Positions 20,249 to 30,499 of a DNA stretch of 64,000 nt are shown piece after piece (the first letter of the stretch is position 1; every line of letters starts with the position of its first letter). A program made the position numbers and the translations under genes. The DNA is taken from assembly GCF_030695035.1 (NCBI RefSeq), contig NZ_JAUYTT010000005.1, positions 131,012-195,011 of the forward strand, read 5' to 3'. Below the pieces are notes generated by a model, which saw nothing but the letters and a program-made list of their open reading frames with translations, searched no databases and had not been told where the DNA came from. The stretch is from Frigidibacter sp. Lineage in GTDB: Bacteria > Pseudomonadota > Alphaproteobacteria > Rhodobacterales > Rhodobacteraceae.

Positions 20249-21520
20249 CTAGCCCTCCCCCTCGTCGGCAGAGGCGATGGGGAGCACAAGTTGCTGGATC
20301 AGACCATGCGGCTCGGCATTGCGAAGGGTCAGCGTCCCGCCATAGCGCTCGACAATCTCACAGGCGATGGCCAGACCAAGCCCTGCGCCCGGAAGGGTTT
20401 TTCTTCGCCCGAGATCGACGCGAAAGAACGGCTCGAAAACCTGACCGATCACCGCTTCAGGAATCCCCGGCCCCGTGTCGCGGATGGTGACGACGGCCTG
20501 ACCCTTGTCTTTCGACAGGGTGATGTCGGCCCCGCCGCCATGGGTCGCCGCGTTGATCATCACGTTTCGTAGCGCCCGCCGCAGCGCCAGCGGACCCGCC
20601 CGCACCGAAAGCGGCGCAAGATCACCGCAGCGGACGGGATGGCCGAACTCGCCAAGCTCTTCCGCGATTTCCTCGACCATCACATCCAGCCGCAGCACAT
20701 CTGCGCCGTCCCTGCTGACCTCTTCGCGCACCAGCCGGATCGCGCTGTCGGCGATCTGGTCCAGCTCCTCGATGTCCGACAGCCATTTGCCGCGTTCCTC
20801 ATCGTCTTCGATGAACTCGGCCCGCAGGCGCATCCGGGTCATCGGCGTGCGCAGATCATGGCCCGCCGCCGCCACCAGCCGCATCCGGCTTTCCACCGCC
20901 GTCCCGAGTTGCTGCGAAAGGCGGTTGAGCGCCCTTGCGGTGGCCCTGACCTCCACCGTGCCGGTTTCGGGAACCTCGGACAGGATGCCATCCGTGCCGA
21001 TCCGCTCGGCCGCACTTTCCAGCAGCTCCAGCGGGATGGTCAGACGCCGGGCAGCGTGAAGGGCCACCACGACGGAGCCAAGAACGATCATCGACATCCA
21101 GATGAAAAAGATCAGCCACGCGCTTCGCGGCGGCGTCAGGTTGGGGATTTCGGCGATCAGCCAGCCCGTGTCCCCTAGGCCAAGCGAAACGGTGAGCGGC
21201 AGGCCATCGCCGGTATTGGTGACATAGATCGGCATGTCATGCCCCATCTGCTTTGAGATGCCGGAGAGCGACCGCGTCAGACGGTCATTTCCGGTCCCGG
21301 TCGCGGGCGTGTCCTCAATCCGCAGGCCGGCAGCCTGGGCGGCAACCGGATCGGCCACAGCCACGTCGGCCAGCAGGTGCAGATGCCGTGCAAGGGGTTC
21401 CATCGTCGCCTCGGGTGCGGGGCGCTGCAACGCGCGGCTGGCGGCAAGCGTTGCGAGGCCGACCACCGAACAGATGGCCACGATCAGCAAGATGGCGATG
21501 CGGGCGCGGAGCGATGTCAT
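20249..21520 (-). CDS. Sensor histidine kinase (two TM segments, HAMP, HisKA, HATPase_c)
   Basis: H-box AAAGHDLRTPMT; N, G1 and G2 boxes (NAATHGG, DTGPGIP, GAGLGLAI). Confidence 0.9.
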   Translation of the reverse strand: MTSLRARIAILLIVAICSVVGLATLAASRALQRPAPEATMEPLARHLHLLADVAVADPVAAQAAGLRIEDTPATGTGNDRLTRSLSGISKQMGHDMPIYVTNTGDGLPLTVSLGLGDTGWLIAEIPNLTPPRSAWLIFFIWMSMIVLGSVVVALHAARRLTIPLELLESAAERIGTDGILSEVPETGTVEVRATARALNRLSQQLGTAVESRMRLVAAAGHDLRTPMTRMRLRAEFIEDDEERGKWLSDIEELDQIADSAIRLVREEVSRDGADVLRLDVMVEEIAEELGEFGHPVRCGDLAPLSVRAGPLALRRALRNVMINAATHGGGADITLSKDKGQAVVTIRDTGPGIPEAVIGQVFEPFFRVDLGRRKTLPGAGLGLAIACEIVERYGGTLTLRNAEPHGLIQQLVLPIASADEGEG

Positions 21521-22242
21521 CTGTCGCTGCCCCGGCTTTCGACCTTGGCCGTCAGTTGATAGCCACCGTTGCGCACGGTCTTGAACAAGGGGCCTTCGAA
21601 CTTTTCGCCAAGCTTGCGCCGCAGGCGGCTCATCAGCACATCGATCGACCGGTCCAGCGGATCACGCTCTTTGCCCTGCGTCAGATCCAGAAGCTGATCA
21701 CGCGACAAAAGCCGGCCGGGCCGTTCCAGAAAGACCTGAAACAGGTCGAACTCCGCCCCGGTCAGCTCCACCTCCTTGCCGTCAGGGGCAAGGATGCGCC
21801 GCTGATCGGTATCGGCCTCGAAGCCTTCAAAGCAAAAGGTGCGGCTCTCCGCTTCTGCGGGCTGGTCCTGTGCCGACCGCCGCAGCACCGCCTTGATCCG
21901 CGCGACGAGCTCGCGCGGGTTGAAGGGTTTGCCAAGATAGTCGTCAGCGCCGATTTCAAGGCCTACGATCCTGTCCACATCTTCCTTGAGGGCGGTGAGC
22001 ATAATGACCGGCAGCTGCGGATGGCGGGCCCGCAGCCCGCGGCAGATGTCGAGGCCCGAGCCATCGGGGAGCATCACGTCCAGCACCACGAGGTCAGGCA
22101 GGCTCTGCGCGAGCCGCTGCTCGCAGTCCCGTCTGTTCGCGGCGGTCTGCACGCGAAACCCTTGTGACAGCAGATAGCGCGCCAGAAGCGCCCGGATTTC
22201 GGGGTCATCATCGACGATCAGGATGGTCGGGGCGGCGTTCAT
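21517..22242 (-). CDS. OmpR-family response regulator
   Basis: ILIVDDD...VVLDVMLPDGSG receiver domain plus a winged-helix output (LTGAEFDLFQVF...VRNGGY). I chose the ATG at 22242; the long upstream extension of ORF ..22746 is not supported. Confidence 0.92.
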   Translation of the reverse strand: MNAAPTILIVDDDPEIRALLARYLLSQGFRVQTAANRRDCEQRLAQSLPDLVVLDVMLPDGSGLDICRGLRARHPQLPVIMLTALKEDVDRIVGLEIGADDYLGKPFNPRELVARIKAVLRRSAQDQPAEAESRTFCFEGFEADTDQRRILAPDGKEVELTGAEFDLFQVFLERPGRLLSRDQLLDLTQGKERDPLDRSIDVLMSRLRRKLGEKFEGPLFKTVRNGGYQLTAKVESRGSDR

Positions 22243-22462
22243 TGCGTCGGTCCTTGTGTCTTCCGCAGTATACGCCACCTGCCAGCCGCCAACCGGCGAA
22301 ATTGTCTCTGAACATTGCCGGGGGCCGTATCGCAAGGTTCGGATACAAAAATCAATGATCCAGACACAAATGGACACGGCGCAGACGTCGGTCAGATACA
22401 CGCGTGCCCCATCTAGGAACGATGCAGCAGAACGGCCTACCGATCTGCAAGAGGAGTTCCCG

Positions 22463-22903
22463 ATGAAACGATTTGTCATACTGGCAACTGCGGCCGCGAC
22501 CATGTTCGGGTCGGTGTCGGTCAGCCATGCGCAATCGCGCAGCAACGATGCCTGCCGTCCCGGCGAGAGCCGCTGTGAACAGCAGCAAGGCAAGAGGCCT
22601 GTCCAGCAGCAGGGCCAGCAGCAGGGGCAAAGACCCCAGGCGGAACGGGCCAGCCCCGACCGGGCAACGAACCGTCCGGCAGCGCAAAAGGCCCCGGAAC
22701 ATAACCAGAAGCGCATTGCCTCGCCGCGGGCCGGTGACAATGGCAAGAACGGCAGGCCGTATCAGCGCGCCAAGGGCAGCCGGTTCAAAGAGCCGCCGCG
22801 CGGGCAGGAATACCGCGTGGTCAACGACCATCTCGTGCTGGTCGACAACCGCACGTCCAAGGTAGTTTCCGTGCTTGGGCTGCTCGACACGCTGCTGAGA
22901 TAA
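22463..22903 (+). CDS. Secreted hypothetical protein with a Gln-rich low-complexity centre and an RcnB-like C-terminus
   Basis: Signal peptide MKRFVILATAAATMFGSVSVSHA, a QQQGKRPVQQQGQQQGQ tract and C-terminal YRVVNDHLVLVDNRTSKVV. A GAGGAG RBS precedes the ATG at 22463. Confidence 0.6.
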   Translation: MKRFVILATAAATMFGSVSVSHAQSRSNDACRPGESRCEQQQGKRPVQQQGQQQGQRPQAERASPDRATNRPAAQKAPEHNQKRIASPRAGDNGKNGRPYQRAKGSRFKEPPRGQEYRVVNDHLVLVDNRTSKVVSVLGLLDTLLR

Positions 22904-23073
22904 TCCCCAGCGCCGGGCGACAGCAGACGTCCATTCCGGACGCGGAAGGCTTCGCCGCTTGCCGCGTCCGGACATGCATGTGACGATGCCGGTGACCACA
23001 GACATCAGGCGCGCCCGGATCCCGGGTGATGGACCGCCATGTGGGCTCCCCCACCGGACAGGAAAGAGAAGAT

Positions 23074-24309
23074 ATGCTGACCCCCCTACGCATCGACCGC
23101 CTGTTCCCTGCGCTGGCCGCCCTTGCCCTTCTGTCTGGCCCGGCCGTCGCCCAAGGCGGCCCCCCGCCCGGAGGCGCCCCTGCCGGGCCGACCGAGGTTG
23201 GTGTGATGGAGTTGACGCTGGAGCCTGTCGCGCGCAGCTACACCATCCCGGGCCGCGCTGTCGCGTTTGAGGAAACGCAGGTCCGCCCGCGGGTTGGCGG
23301 GGTGGTCACCGAGATCCTGTATTCGCCGGGCCGCCAGGTCGAAGTCGGAACCCCGCTGTTCCGTCTGGACTCCGCCAGCTATGAGGCGGCGCGCTCCTCG
23401 GCGGAAGCGATGGTTGCCAAGGCCGAAGCCGTGCTGAACGCGGCCGAAACCACCCTGACCCGGCTGGAGCGGCTGGAGGGCACCGGCGCCACCACGGCGG
23501 ATGTGGACAGCGCCCGCGCGAGTGTGGCCGAAGCGCGCGCCGACGTGCAAAGCGCCGAAGCCGACTTGCAGATTGCCGAGTCCGAGCTGTCCTGGACCGA
23601 GATTGCCAGCCCGATCAGCGGGATCGCCGATGTGTCGCAAGTGTCGGTCGGGGATCTGGTGACGGCCGGCCAGACCGATGCGCTGACCACGATCACCCGG
23701 CTGGACCCGATCTATGTCGACATGACCGAACCCAGCTCGCGCATCCTGTCGATGCGGGATGATATCGACAGCGGGGCGCTGACCGTCAACGACAAGCTGC
23801 AAGTGTCGCTGACGCTCGAAAGCGGCAAGGTCTACAGCGGCACCGGCACGCTGGTGTCGCCCGGATTTGCGGTGTCATCCACCACGGGCACGGTTGGGAT
23901 CCGGTTTCAGTTCGACAACCCGCGCCGCATGATCCTGCCGGGCATGTTCGTGCGCGGCGAGGTTGTGCTTGGCACCTCGGACGCGATCCTGGTGCCGCAG
24001 CGCGCGGCGACCCGCGGGCGCGATGGCACGCTGACCGCCTGGGTCGTGGGCGAGGGGAGCCTTGCGGAACAGGTCAGCCTGACGGAATCGGGCAGCTTCG
24101 AGAATGCCTGGATCATCACCTCCGGCGTTGCGGAGGGCGACCAGCTCATCGTCGACGGCCTGTCCAACCTGCGCGCCGGTGCCGAGGTGTCGCCGGTGCC
24201 GGTGACGCTGGATGCTGATGGCGTGGTCAGCGATGCCGCCGAGGCCGCGCCTGCCGATGCCGTCGCACCTGCCCCCGCCGAGGCGGCCCCCACAGAAGCA
24301 TCGGAATAG
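23074..24309 (+). CDS. RND efflux periplasmic adaptor (membrane fusion protein)
   Basis: Signal/anchor sequence, coiled-coil hairpin region (AEA..AEADLQIAESEL) and beta-barrel domains. It directly precedes the RND pump gene. Confidence 0.88.
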   Translation: MLTPLRIDRLFPALAALALLSGPAVAQGGPPPGGAPAGPTEVGVMELTLEPVARSYTIPGRAVAFEETQVRPRVGGVVTEILYSPGRQVEVGTPLFRLDSASYEAARSSAEAMVAKAEAVLNAAETTLTRLERLEGTGATTADVDSARASVAEARADVQSAEADLQIAESELSWTEIASPISGIADVSQVSVGDLVTAGQTDALTTITRLDPIYVDMTEPSSRILSMRDDIDSGALTVNDKLQVSLTLESGKVYSGTGTLVSPGFAVSSTTGTVGIRFQFDNPRRMILPGMFVRGEVVLGTSDAILVPQRAATRGRDGTLTAWVVGEGSLAEQVSLTESGSFENAWIITSGVAEGDQLIVDGLSNLRAGAEVSPVPVTLDADGVVSDAAEAAPADAVAPAPAEAAPTEASE

Positions 24310-24313
24310 ACCC

Positions 24314-27300
24314 ATGGCCGGCTTTTTCATCCATCGCCCGGTTTTCGCCTGGGTCATTGCCATCATCATCATGGTTGCGGGCGCCTATGGCATGACCAGC
24401 CTGCCCATCTCGCAATATCCCGAGATCGCGCCTACCACCGTCCGCATCAGTGCATCCTACACCGGCGCCTCGGCAGAGGCGGTCGAGAATTCGATCACCA
24501 CGGTGATCGAGGACGGCATGACCGGACTCGACGGGCTGCTCTACATGATTTCCACCTCCTCCTCTGGCTCGTCCAGCATTTCGCTGACCTTCGGGGACGA
24601 TGTGGATGCGGACATGGCGCAGATCCAGGTGCAGAACAAGTTGCAGCTTGTCACCTCATCGCTGCCGGAGGTCGTGCAGTCGAGCGGCGTCAGCGTCTCG
24701 CGGTCCACCTCGTCGATCCTGATGGTGGGGGCGCTGGTCTCCTCGGACGGCACCTATACCTCGGCGCAGCTTGGCGACATCATGTCCGAGACGATCGAGA
24801 CGCCGATCAAGCGGGTCGAGGGCGTGGGGTCGATCAACAGCTTCGGGTCAAGCTATGCGATGCGCATCTGGCTCGATCCGCTGAAACTTGTGCAATATCA
24901 GGTCACCCCGGGCGACGTGACCACCGCCGTGTCGGCGCAGAACGCCACCGTGACGGTGGGCAGCCTTGGCACGCAGCCCGTGGTGCAGGGCCAGCAGATC
25001 ACCGTGTCGCTGACCTCGCAATCCCAGCTGACAAGCATCGAGGAGTTCGAGCGGATCATCCTGCGTACGGATGAGGATGGCTCGACGGTCTACCTTGCCG
25101 ATGTGGCGCGAATTGAGATCGGGTTGGAAAGCTACGAGTCCACTTCGCGCTTCAATGGCCAGCCCGCTGCCGGGTTTGGCATCAATCTGGCGACGGGGGC
25201 AAACGCAGTCAATACGGCAGACGCCGTGCGCGCGGCGCTCGATGGTCTGGCCGGTGCCTTGCCCGCCGGCGTTGAAGTTACCTATCCCTACGACACCTCG
25301 CCCTTTGTCGAGGAATCCATCAGCCAAGTCTATAAGACGCTGGCCGAGGCGGTGGTGCTTGTGTTCCTGGTCATCCTGATCTTCCTGCAAAGCTGGCGCG
25401 CCACGCTGATCCCGACCATCGCCGTGCCCATCGTGCTGCTTGGCACCTTTGGCGTGCTTTCGGCCCTGGGGCTTTCGATCAACACGCTGACGATGTTCGC
25501 GCTGGTGCTGGCCATCGGCCTTCTGGTCGATGATGCGATCGTGGTCGTCGAGAACGTCGAACGCATCATGGATGAGGAAGGCTTGTCGCCGGTAGAGGCG
25601 ACCGAGAAAAGCATGAAGGAGATCACGGGCGCGCTGGTCGGCATCGTGCTTGTGCTGTCGGCGGTCTTCCTGCCCATGGCCTTCATGGAAGGCTCGACCG
25701 GGGTGATCTACCGGCAATTCTCGGTCACGATCATCTCTGCCATGCTGCTGTCGCTTCTGGTCGCACTGGTGCTGACCCCGGCCATGTGCGCATCCCTGCT
25801 GCGCCCGCGCAACCACGCGGGCTCCATCGCCCCCGCGCGCTGGTTCAACCGCACGCTGGACCGCGGCACCGATGGCTATGTGGCCACGGTCGCGGCCAGC
25901 CTCAAGCGGCCCTTCCGTCTGCTGATCCTGCTGGGTGCGATGTCCTTCGGGGCCTGGTGGCTCTATGACCGGCTGCCATCCTCGTTCCTGCCGGCAGAGG
26001 ATCAGGGCGTGTTGATGGCGATGGTCACCCTGTCCGACGGAGCGACCACTGCCCAGACCGAGGCCATCGTCGCCGAGGTCGAGGACTTCCTGCTGAACGA
26101 AGAGGCCGACACCGTCGAAGCCGCCTTCTCCGCGCTTGGCTTCGGCTTTGGCAGCAGCGGGCAGAACACCGCGATGCTGTTCATCAAGCTGCACCCGTTC
26201 GATGACCGGGATGGGCTCGACGCCGCCTCCCTCGCCATGCGGGCCAACATGCGCTTCATGGGGCATCGCGCCGGGCAGATCATCTTCATGCAGCCGCCCG
26301 CGATCCAGGGTCTGGGCAACTCCTCGGGCTTCAGCATGTATCTGCTGGATCAGGGCGGCAACGGGCAAGAAGCCCTCGCAACCTCTGCCGATACGCTGGT
26401 GGCGAATGCCACTGCCGACGGGCGGGTCGGGGAACTGCGCGGCAATGACGATCCCTTCGAGCCGGCCTTGCGGCTGGATATCGACCAGCAGAAGGCCGGC
26501 GCCTTCGGGCTGACCCTGTCGGACATCAACGACATGCTGGCGGTCATCTTCTCTGGCCGCGAGGTGAACGATTTCACGCTGGATACCGGCTTGCGCCCGG
26601 TGATCGTGCAGGGAGATGCGCCCTACCGGATGCAGCCTCAGGACATCGAGAGCTGGTACGCGCGCAATTCGGGCGGCGAGATGGTGCCCTTCGCCGCGTT
26701 CATGAACCAGACCTGGGACGAGGTGGCCACATCGCTCACGCGCTACGGTGGCGCCCGTGCGCTGGCGATCTCCGGCGCCGCCGCCGGGGATACCAGCTCT
26801 GGTGACGCGATGGACCTGATGGAGGATCTGTCGGCAGACCTGCCCGGTGGCTATGCGGCGGCATGGTCGGACCTGTCCTATCAGGAGCGGCTGGCGGGCA
26901 ATCAGGCGCCGATGCTCTACGCGATGTCGGCTTTGATCGTGTTCCTGTGCCTTGCCGCGCTTTATGAAAGCTGGGCGATCCCGTTTGCGGTGATGCTGTC
27001 GGTGCCGGTGGGCGTGTTGGGCGCGGTTGCAGCGGCCACGCTCTTCGGGCAGGCGAATGACGTCTACTTCAAGGTGGGGCTGCTGGCGACCATCGGGCTG
27101 GCTGCGCGTAACGCCATCCTGATCGTCGAATTTGCCCAATCGCTTCAGGCGCAGGGCATGGACATGATCGAGGCGGGGATCACGGCAGCACGCCAAAGGT
27201 TGCGGCCGATCCTGATGACCTCGGTATCGTTCATGCTCGGTGTGTTGCCGCTCGCCATCGCCACCGGCGCCGGGGCTGCCGCACAGAACGCCATCGGCAT

Positions 27301-27418
27301 TTCTGTCTTGGGCGGCATGGTCGCCTCGACCGTGATCGGGGTGTTCCTCGTGCCCGGCTTCTATGTTGTCGTTCTGACCCTTGTTCAGCGGTTTCGGAAA
27401 AAAGGAGTTACCGCATGA
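24314..27418 (+). CDS. RND multidrug efflux permease (AcrB/HAE1 family)
   Basis: MAGFFIHRPVFAWVIAIIIM N-terminus, about 1034 aa, 12-TM architecture with VDDAIVVVENVER. Confidence 0.95.
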   Translation: MAGFFIHRPVFAWVIAIIIMVAGAYGMTSLPISQYPEIAPTTVRISASYTGASAEAVENSITTVIEDGMTGLDGLLYMISTSSSGSSSISLTFGDDVDADMAQIQVQNKLQLVTSSLPEVVQSSGVSVSRSTSSILMVGALVSSDGTYTSAQLGDIMSETIETPIKRVEGVGSINSFGSSYAMRIWLDPLKLVQYQVTPGDVTTAVSAQNATVTVGSLGTQPVVQGQQITVSLTSQSQLTSIEEFERIILRTDEDGSTVYLADVARIEIGLESYESTSRFNGQPAAGFGINLATGANAVNTADAVRAALDGLAGALPAGVEVTYPYDTSPFVEESISQVYKTLAEAVVLVFLVILIFLQSWRATLIPTIAVPIVLLGTFGVLSALGLSINTLTMFALVLAIGLLVDDAIVVVENVERIMDEEGLSPVEATEKSMKEITGALVGIVLVLSAVFLPMAFMEGSTGVIYRQFSVTIISAMLLSLLVALVLTPAMCASLLRPRNHAGSIAPARWFNRTLDRGTDGYVATVAASLKRPFRLLILLGAMSFGAWWLYDRLPSSFLPAEDQGVLMAMVTLSDGATTAQTEAIVAEVEDFLLNEEADTVEAAFSALGFGFGSSGQNTAMLFIKLHPFDDRDGLDAASLAMRANMRFMGHRAGQIIFMQPPAIQGLGNSSGFSMYLLDQGGNGQEALATSADTLVANATADGRVGELRGNDDPFEPALRLDIDQQKAGAFGLTLSDINDMLAVIFSGREVNDFTLDTGLRPVIVQGDAPYRMQPQDIESWYARNSGGEMVPFAAFMNQTWDEVATSLTRYGGARALAISGAAAGDTSSGDAMDLMEDLSADLPGGYAAAWSDLSYQERLAGNQAPMLYAMSALIVFLCLAALYESWAIPFAVMLSVPVGVLGAVAAATLFGQANDVYFKVGLLATIGLAARNAILIVEFAQSLQAQGMDMIEAGITAARQRLRPILMTSVSFMLGVLPLAIATGAGAAAQNAIGISVLGGMVASTVIGVFLVPGFYVVVLTLVQRFRKKGVTA

Positions 27419-28791
27419 ACATGCGCAAAATGGTTCTGCTGTCTTGCGGGGCCTTGCTGACAGCTTGCACCGCCGTCGGCCCTGACTACGCCACACCGGC
27501 GGCAGCGGTGCCGCAAAGTTTCGTCGGAAGCGGGCAGGGCAGTGCCGGCAAGGTGGCCAATGTCGCCTGGTGGAAGGGCTTCCGCGATCCTATGCTGGAC
27601 GGGCTGCTTGCCGAGGGTCTTGCCCAGAACCTCGACACAATGGCCGCGATGGAGCGGATCCGGGCAGCAGAGGCCGGGGTGCGCGGCACCGGCCTTGCCG
27701 CGGCGGCGACGGGCGGCGTGGATGCAAATGGCCAGCGGTTCGGGGGCGAGGGGTCGGTTTCGGGCACCGGGTCTTCCGCCACCACCGACCTCAGCGCGGC
27801 CTTTGTGCTGGACCTCTTCGGCGGCCTGCGCCGGGACCGGGAGCGGGCAAAAGCCTCGCTCGCCTCGGCCCAGGACGATCTGCAGACGGTGCGCCTTGCC
27901 TGGCTGGCCGAGGCAATCGATGCCTATACCGACGCCCGCTATCAGCAAGAAGCCATTGCCCTGACGCGAAAAAGCATAGCCTCGCGTCAGGAAACCAGCC
28001 GGCTGATCGGCGAGCGGCAAGATGCAGGCTCCGCCACAGAGCTCGATGCCGTGCAGGCGGGCGGATTGCTGGCCGCCGCGCAGGCCGATCTTCCGACGCT
28101 GGTCTCCGGCTTTGAAAGCGCGGTGTTCCGTCTGGCCACGCTGCTCAACCGGCCTGCAGGGCCGCTGCTGGCCCAGATGCAGCCGGGCCGGGCGCAGCCC
28201 TATCCCACCGCATCCGTTGCCAGCGGCGTTCCGGCCGAACTGTTGCGCAACCGCCCCGACATCCGGTCCGCCGAGCGTGATCTGGCCGCGGCCGTCGCCT
28301 CTGTCGGGGTGGCGCAGGCAGAGCTGTATCCGTCCATCTCGCTCTCCGGCAATGTCAGCACCACGGCGGGCGCGGAAAGCTGGAGCTTTGGCCCCTCGCT
28401 TTCGCTGCCGGTCCTGAACCGCGGGGCGCTCTCCGCCACCCGCGACACCCGCGCGGCTGAGGCCCGCGAGGCCGAGATCACCTGGCGCGCACAGGTCAGC
28501 TCGGCGGTGGAGGATGTGCAGACCGCCCTGTCGGACCTGACGCAGCAGCGCCGCCGCCTGTCCGCCCTGCAGCAATCCGCAGAGGCCTACCGCCGCGCCT
28601 TCGTGCTGTCGCAAGAAAGCTATGCCGCCGGGTCCCTGTCAGCCATCGACCTTCTGGACAGCGAGCGCACCGCGACGGATGCAGAGCTTGCCGTCGCCGC
28701 AGCACGCCGCGACATCGCGCTGGCCTGGGCGACCTTGCAGATCGCAACCGGCGCTGGCGCCGAGGTTGGCGCCATTCCACGAACGCGGTGA
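27415..28791 (+). CDS. Outer-membrane efflux lipoprotein (NodT/OprM family)
   Basis: Lipobox LLTAC followed by GPDY. Its ATGA overlaps the pump gene. Confidence 0.9.
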   Translation: MNMRKMVLLSCGALLTACTAVGPDYATPAAAVPQSFVGSGQGSAGKVANVAWWKGFRDPMLDGLLAEGLAQNLDTMAAMERIRAAEAGVRGTGLAAAATGGVDANGQRFGGEGSVSGTGSSATTDLSAAFVLDLFGGLRRDRERAKASLASAQDDLQTVRLAWLAEAIDAYTDARYQQEAIALTRKSIASRQETSRLIGERQDAGSATELDAVQAGGLLAAAQADLPTLVSGFESAVFRLATLLNRPAGPLLAQMQPGRAQPYPTASVASGVPAELLRNRPDIRSAERDLAAAVASVGVAQAELYPSISLSGNVSTTAGAESWSFGPSLSLPVLNRGALSATRDTRAAEAREAEITWRAQVSSAVEDVQTALSDLTQQRRRLSALQQSAEAYRRAFVLSQESYAAGSLSAIDLLDSERTATDAELAVAAARRDIALAWATLQIATGAGAEVGAIPRTR

Positions 28792-29262
28792 GGCTGCCCG
28801 CGCGTGACGGTGCCTGACCGCCGCCCGTCCCCAATCTCCGCGACGATAAGGCGCCTATCGCCCGAAAGGCAGGGTTGCCCGATATTCCTGTTCGCCTCGG
28901 GGGACGTTCACAGCAGCTGGCCGTCCTTGTCGAAGGCAAGGACCGCCCGGCGGCAGGGAGATGTATGACGGCACCGCCCGCGCCGATCTGGTGGCGCGGG
29001 TGTCGGTGTATATCGGCATAGCTTCGCTGACCTGGGGATGCTGGGCCATGTACCAGATGCTGAACTCGTCGATCCCATTCGATTTCGGAAAGTATGCCGA
29101 TATCCTGTTCCTGTGGGCGCGCCATGACGGCAGAGGCGCGGGAGACGGCACTGGCCCGGCTCTAGACGTCCGGTCGCCGCTGGCAGTACGACAAGGCGGG
29201 TTCTGAATTACATCGCCCGCAGCGAAGGATGGGCTGATACCGCCGCTGGCCCGGAAACAGCT

Positions 29263-29913
29263 CTACCCTGCGATAAGATTGGATTGCCTGCGCCGCGCCA
29301 TGGCGATCAGGATCACCGCAAGACCGGCGGCGATCAAGCCGAAATCCTGAGGGACGTTCAGCAAAATGGCGGCCGAACCGCCAAGCGCCGACCAGAGCAC
29401 GGGAATGATCAGCAGCCAGCGGGTCGATCGCCACTGACCGAGAACCAGAACGCCGATCGTGAAGATCGTGGTCGGACAGGGGGCGACGCCAAACACCGGA
29501 ACCGCTGGGTATCGATGGCCCATCAAGGCCCCAAGCAGCGGGTATCCGACCAGCGCGTAGCCGATCATCACCACACCAGCGCCCGTCGCAATTCCGCGCC
29601 TTGGATGGAAGATCGGCTCCTCGCGCTCCCGAAACGCCCAAACGACAAGCAACAGAACTTCGACCAGAAAAATCGCGCCAAACAACCGCGCAGCGGGGTT
29701 TATCGCGGCGAAATAGATCATGTGGTAGCCGACCGCGTTGACCCCCCACATCGTGGCCAGCAAGGAAAGAATGCTCGCATCCGCCCAACGCGACGGCCTG
29801 AACAGGAGGGCGCAAATGGCCAGGCCGACCAGATATGTCACCACCTGAAGCGGCCAGATCGCCTGATTGTAGGCAACGAACACGGCGAGGAACTGGTCCA
29901 GATCAAAAGGCAT
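29263..29913 (-). CDS. Polytopic membrane protein of unknown function (DUF6064-like)
   Basis: About 216 aa with several hydrophobic helices. I chose the ATG at 29913 (MPFDLDQFLAVF). The family name comes from memory of similar sequences, not from a search. Confidence 0.6.
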   Translation of the reverse strand: MPFDLDQFLAVFVAYNQAIWPLQVVTYLVGLAICALLFRPSRWADASILSLLATMWGVNAVGYHMIYFAAINPAARLFGAIFLVEVLLLVVWAFREREEPIFHPRRGIATGAGVVMIGYALVGYPLLGALMGHRYPAVPVFGVAPCPTTIFTIGVLVLGQWRSTRWLLIIPVLWSALGGSAAILLNVPQDFGLIAAGLAVILIAMARRRQSNLIAG

Positions 29914-29962
29914 CGACGTCCATGCGGCCCCTACTTTCCAGCAAAGATAAGGCAGAGCCGGT

Positions 29963-30200
29963 TCAAGAGCCTTGACCTGCATCAACGATCAAAGCACCCC
30001 AGCCATCGGTGCCGAACGCCTCCTGCCCGACCCAGGCCAGAACCGCATAGGCCCCACCAAAGGTGAGCACGGCCAGCTCAGAGAAGAACGTGGCGGTATC
30101 GGCAAACACGCTCTCCGGTGCCAAGAGCAGTAGTGCCGCGACCGGCGCCAGCCAGAGCACCAGTGCCGCAGCGCCCGCCCAAAAAGCCCCGGCGCGTTGC
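29963..30200 (-). pseudogene. Chromate transporter (ChrA) relic: start of one CHR half-domain only
   Basis: FFSELAVLTFGGAYAVLAWVGQEAFGTDGW matches the conserved FGGxYAxL..GW block of CHR-family transporters. The frame stops about 15 codons later, and no TM-rich N-terminal half lies upstream. Confidence 0.5.
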
Positions 30201-30499
30201 GCCCCCGTCAGATCGCCGTTTTCCTCGCCAAGCAGGCTGGACGCGTCATCGACACGGGCTTTCCCGACCGCCTCATGCCCGCCGCCATCCTGAAACTCCG
30301 CAAGCCCCGATGCCTGGGCCGCGTTCCATGAGGGGACGGCGCCACGACCGTGACGCTGGGGATGGCGTTCACCACTGCGGCCGAGTTTCAGGCGGCCAAG
30401 GGCTTTGGCGCGGTGGAACTTGGCCTGCAGACCCTGGGCAAGCTGGCGCGCTTCGCCGGGGCGGAGTGAGGGACCGCCGGGTCCCCCACTCTGCCTGCC

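Noticed and set aside
21517-22746. A 168-codon N-terminal extension of the response-regulator ORF.
   Set aside because: The extension is Cys/Trp/Arg-rich with no domain, and it overlaps the divergent secreted-protein gene region. The receiver domain begins right after the internal ATG at 22242.
30349-30471. A short plus-strand frame ending ...GMAFTTAAEFQAAKGFGAVELGLQTLGKLARFAGAE.
   Set aside because: It spans only about 40 codons from the nearest possible start, has no RBS, and I recognise no family. It is mentioned under the ChrA-relic finding but not called as a gene.
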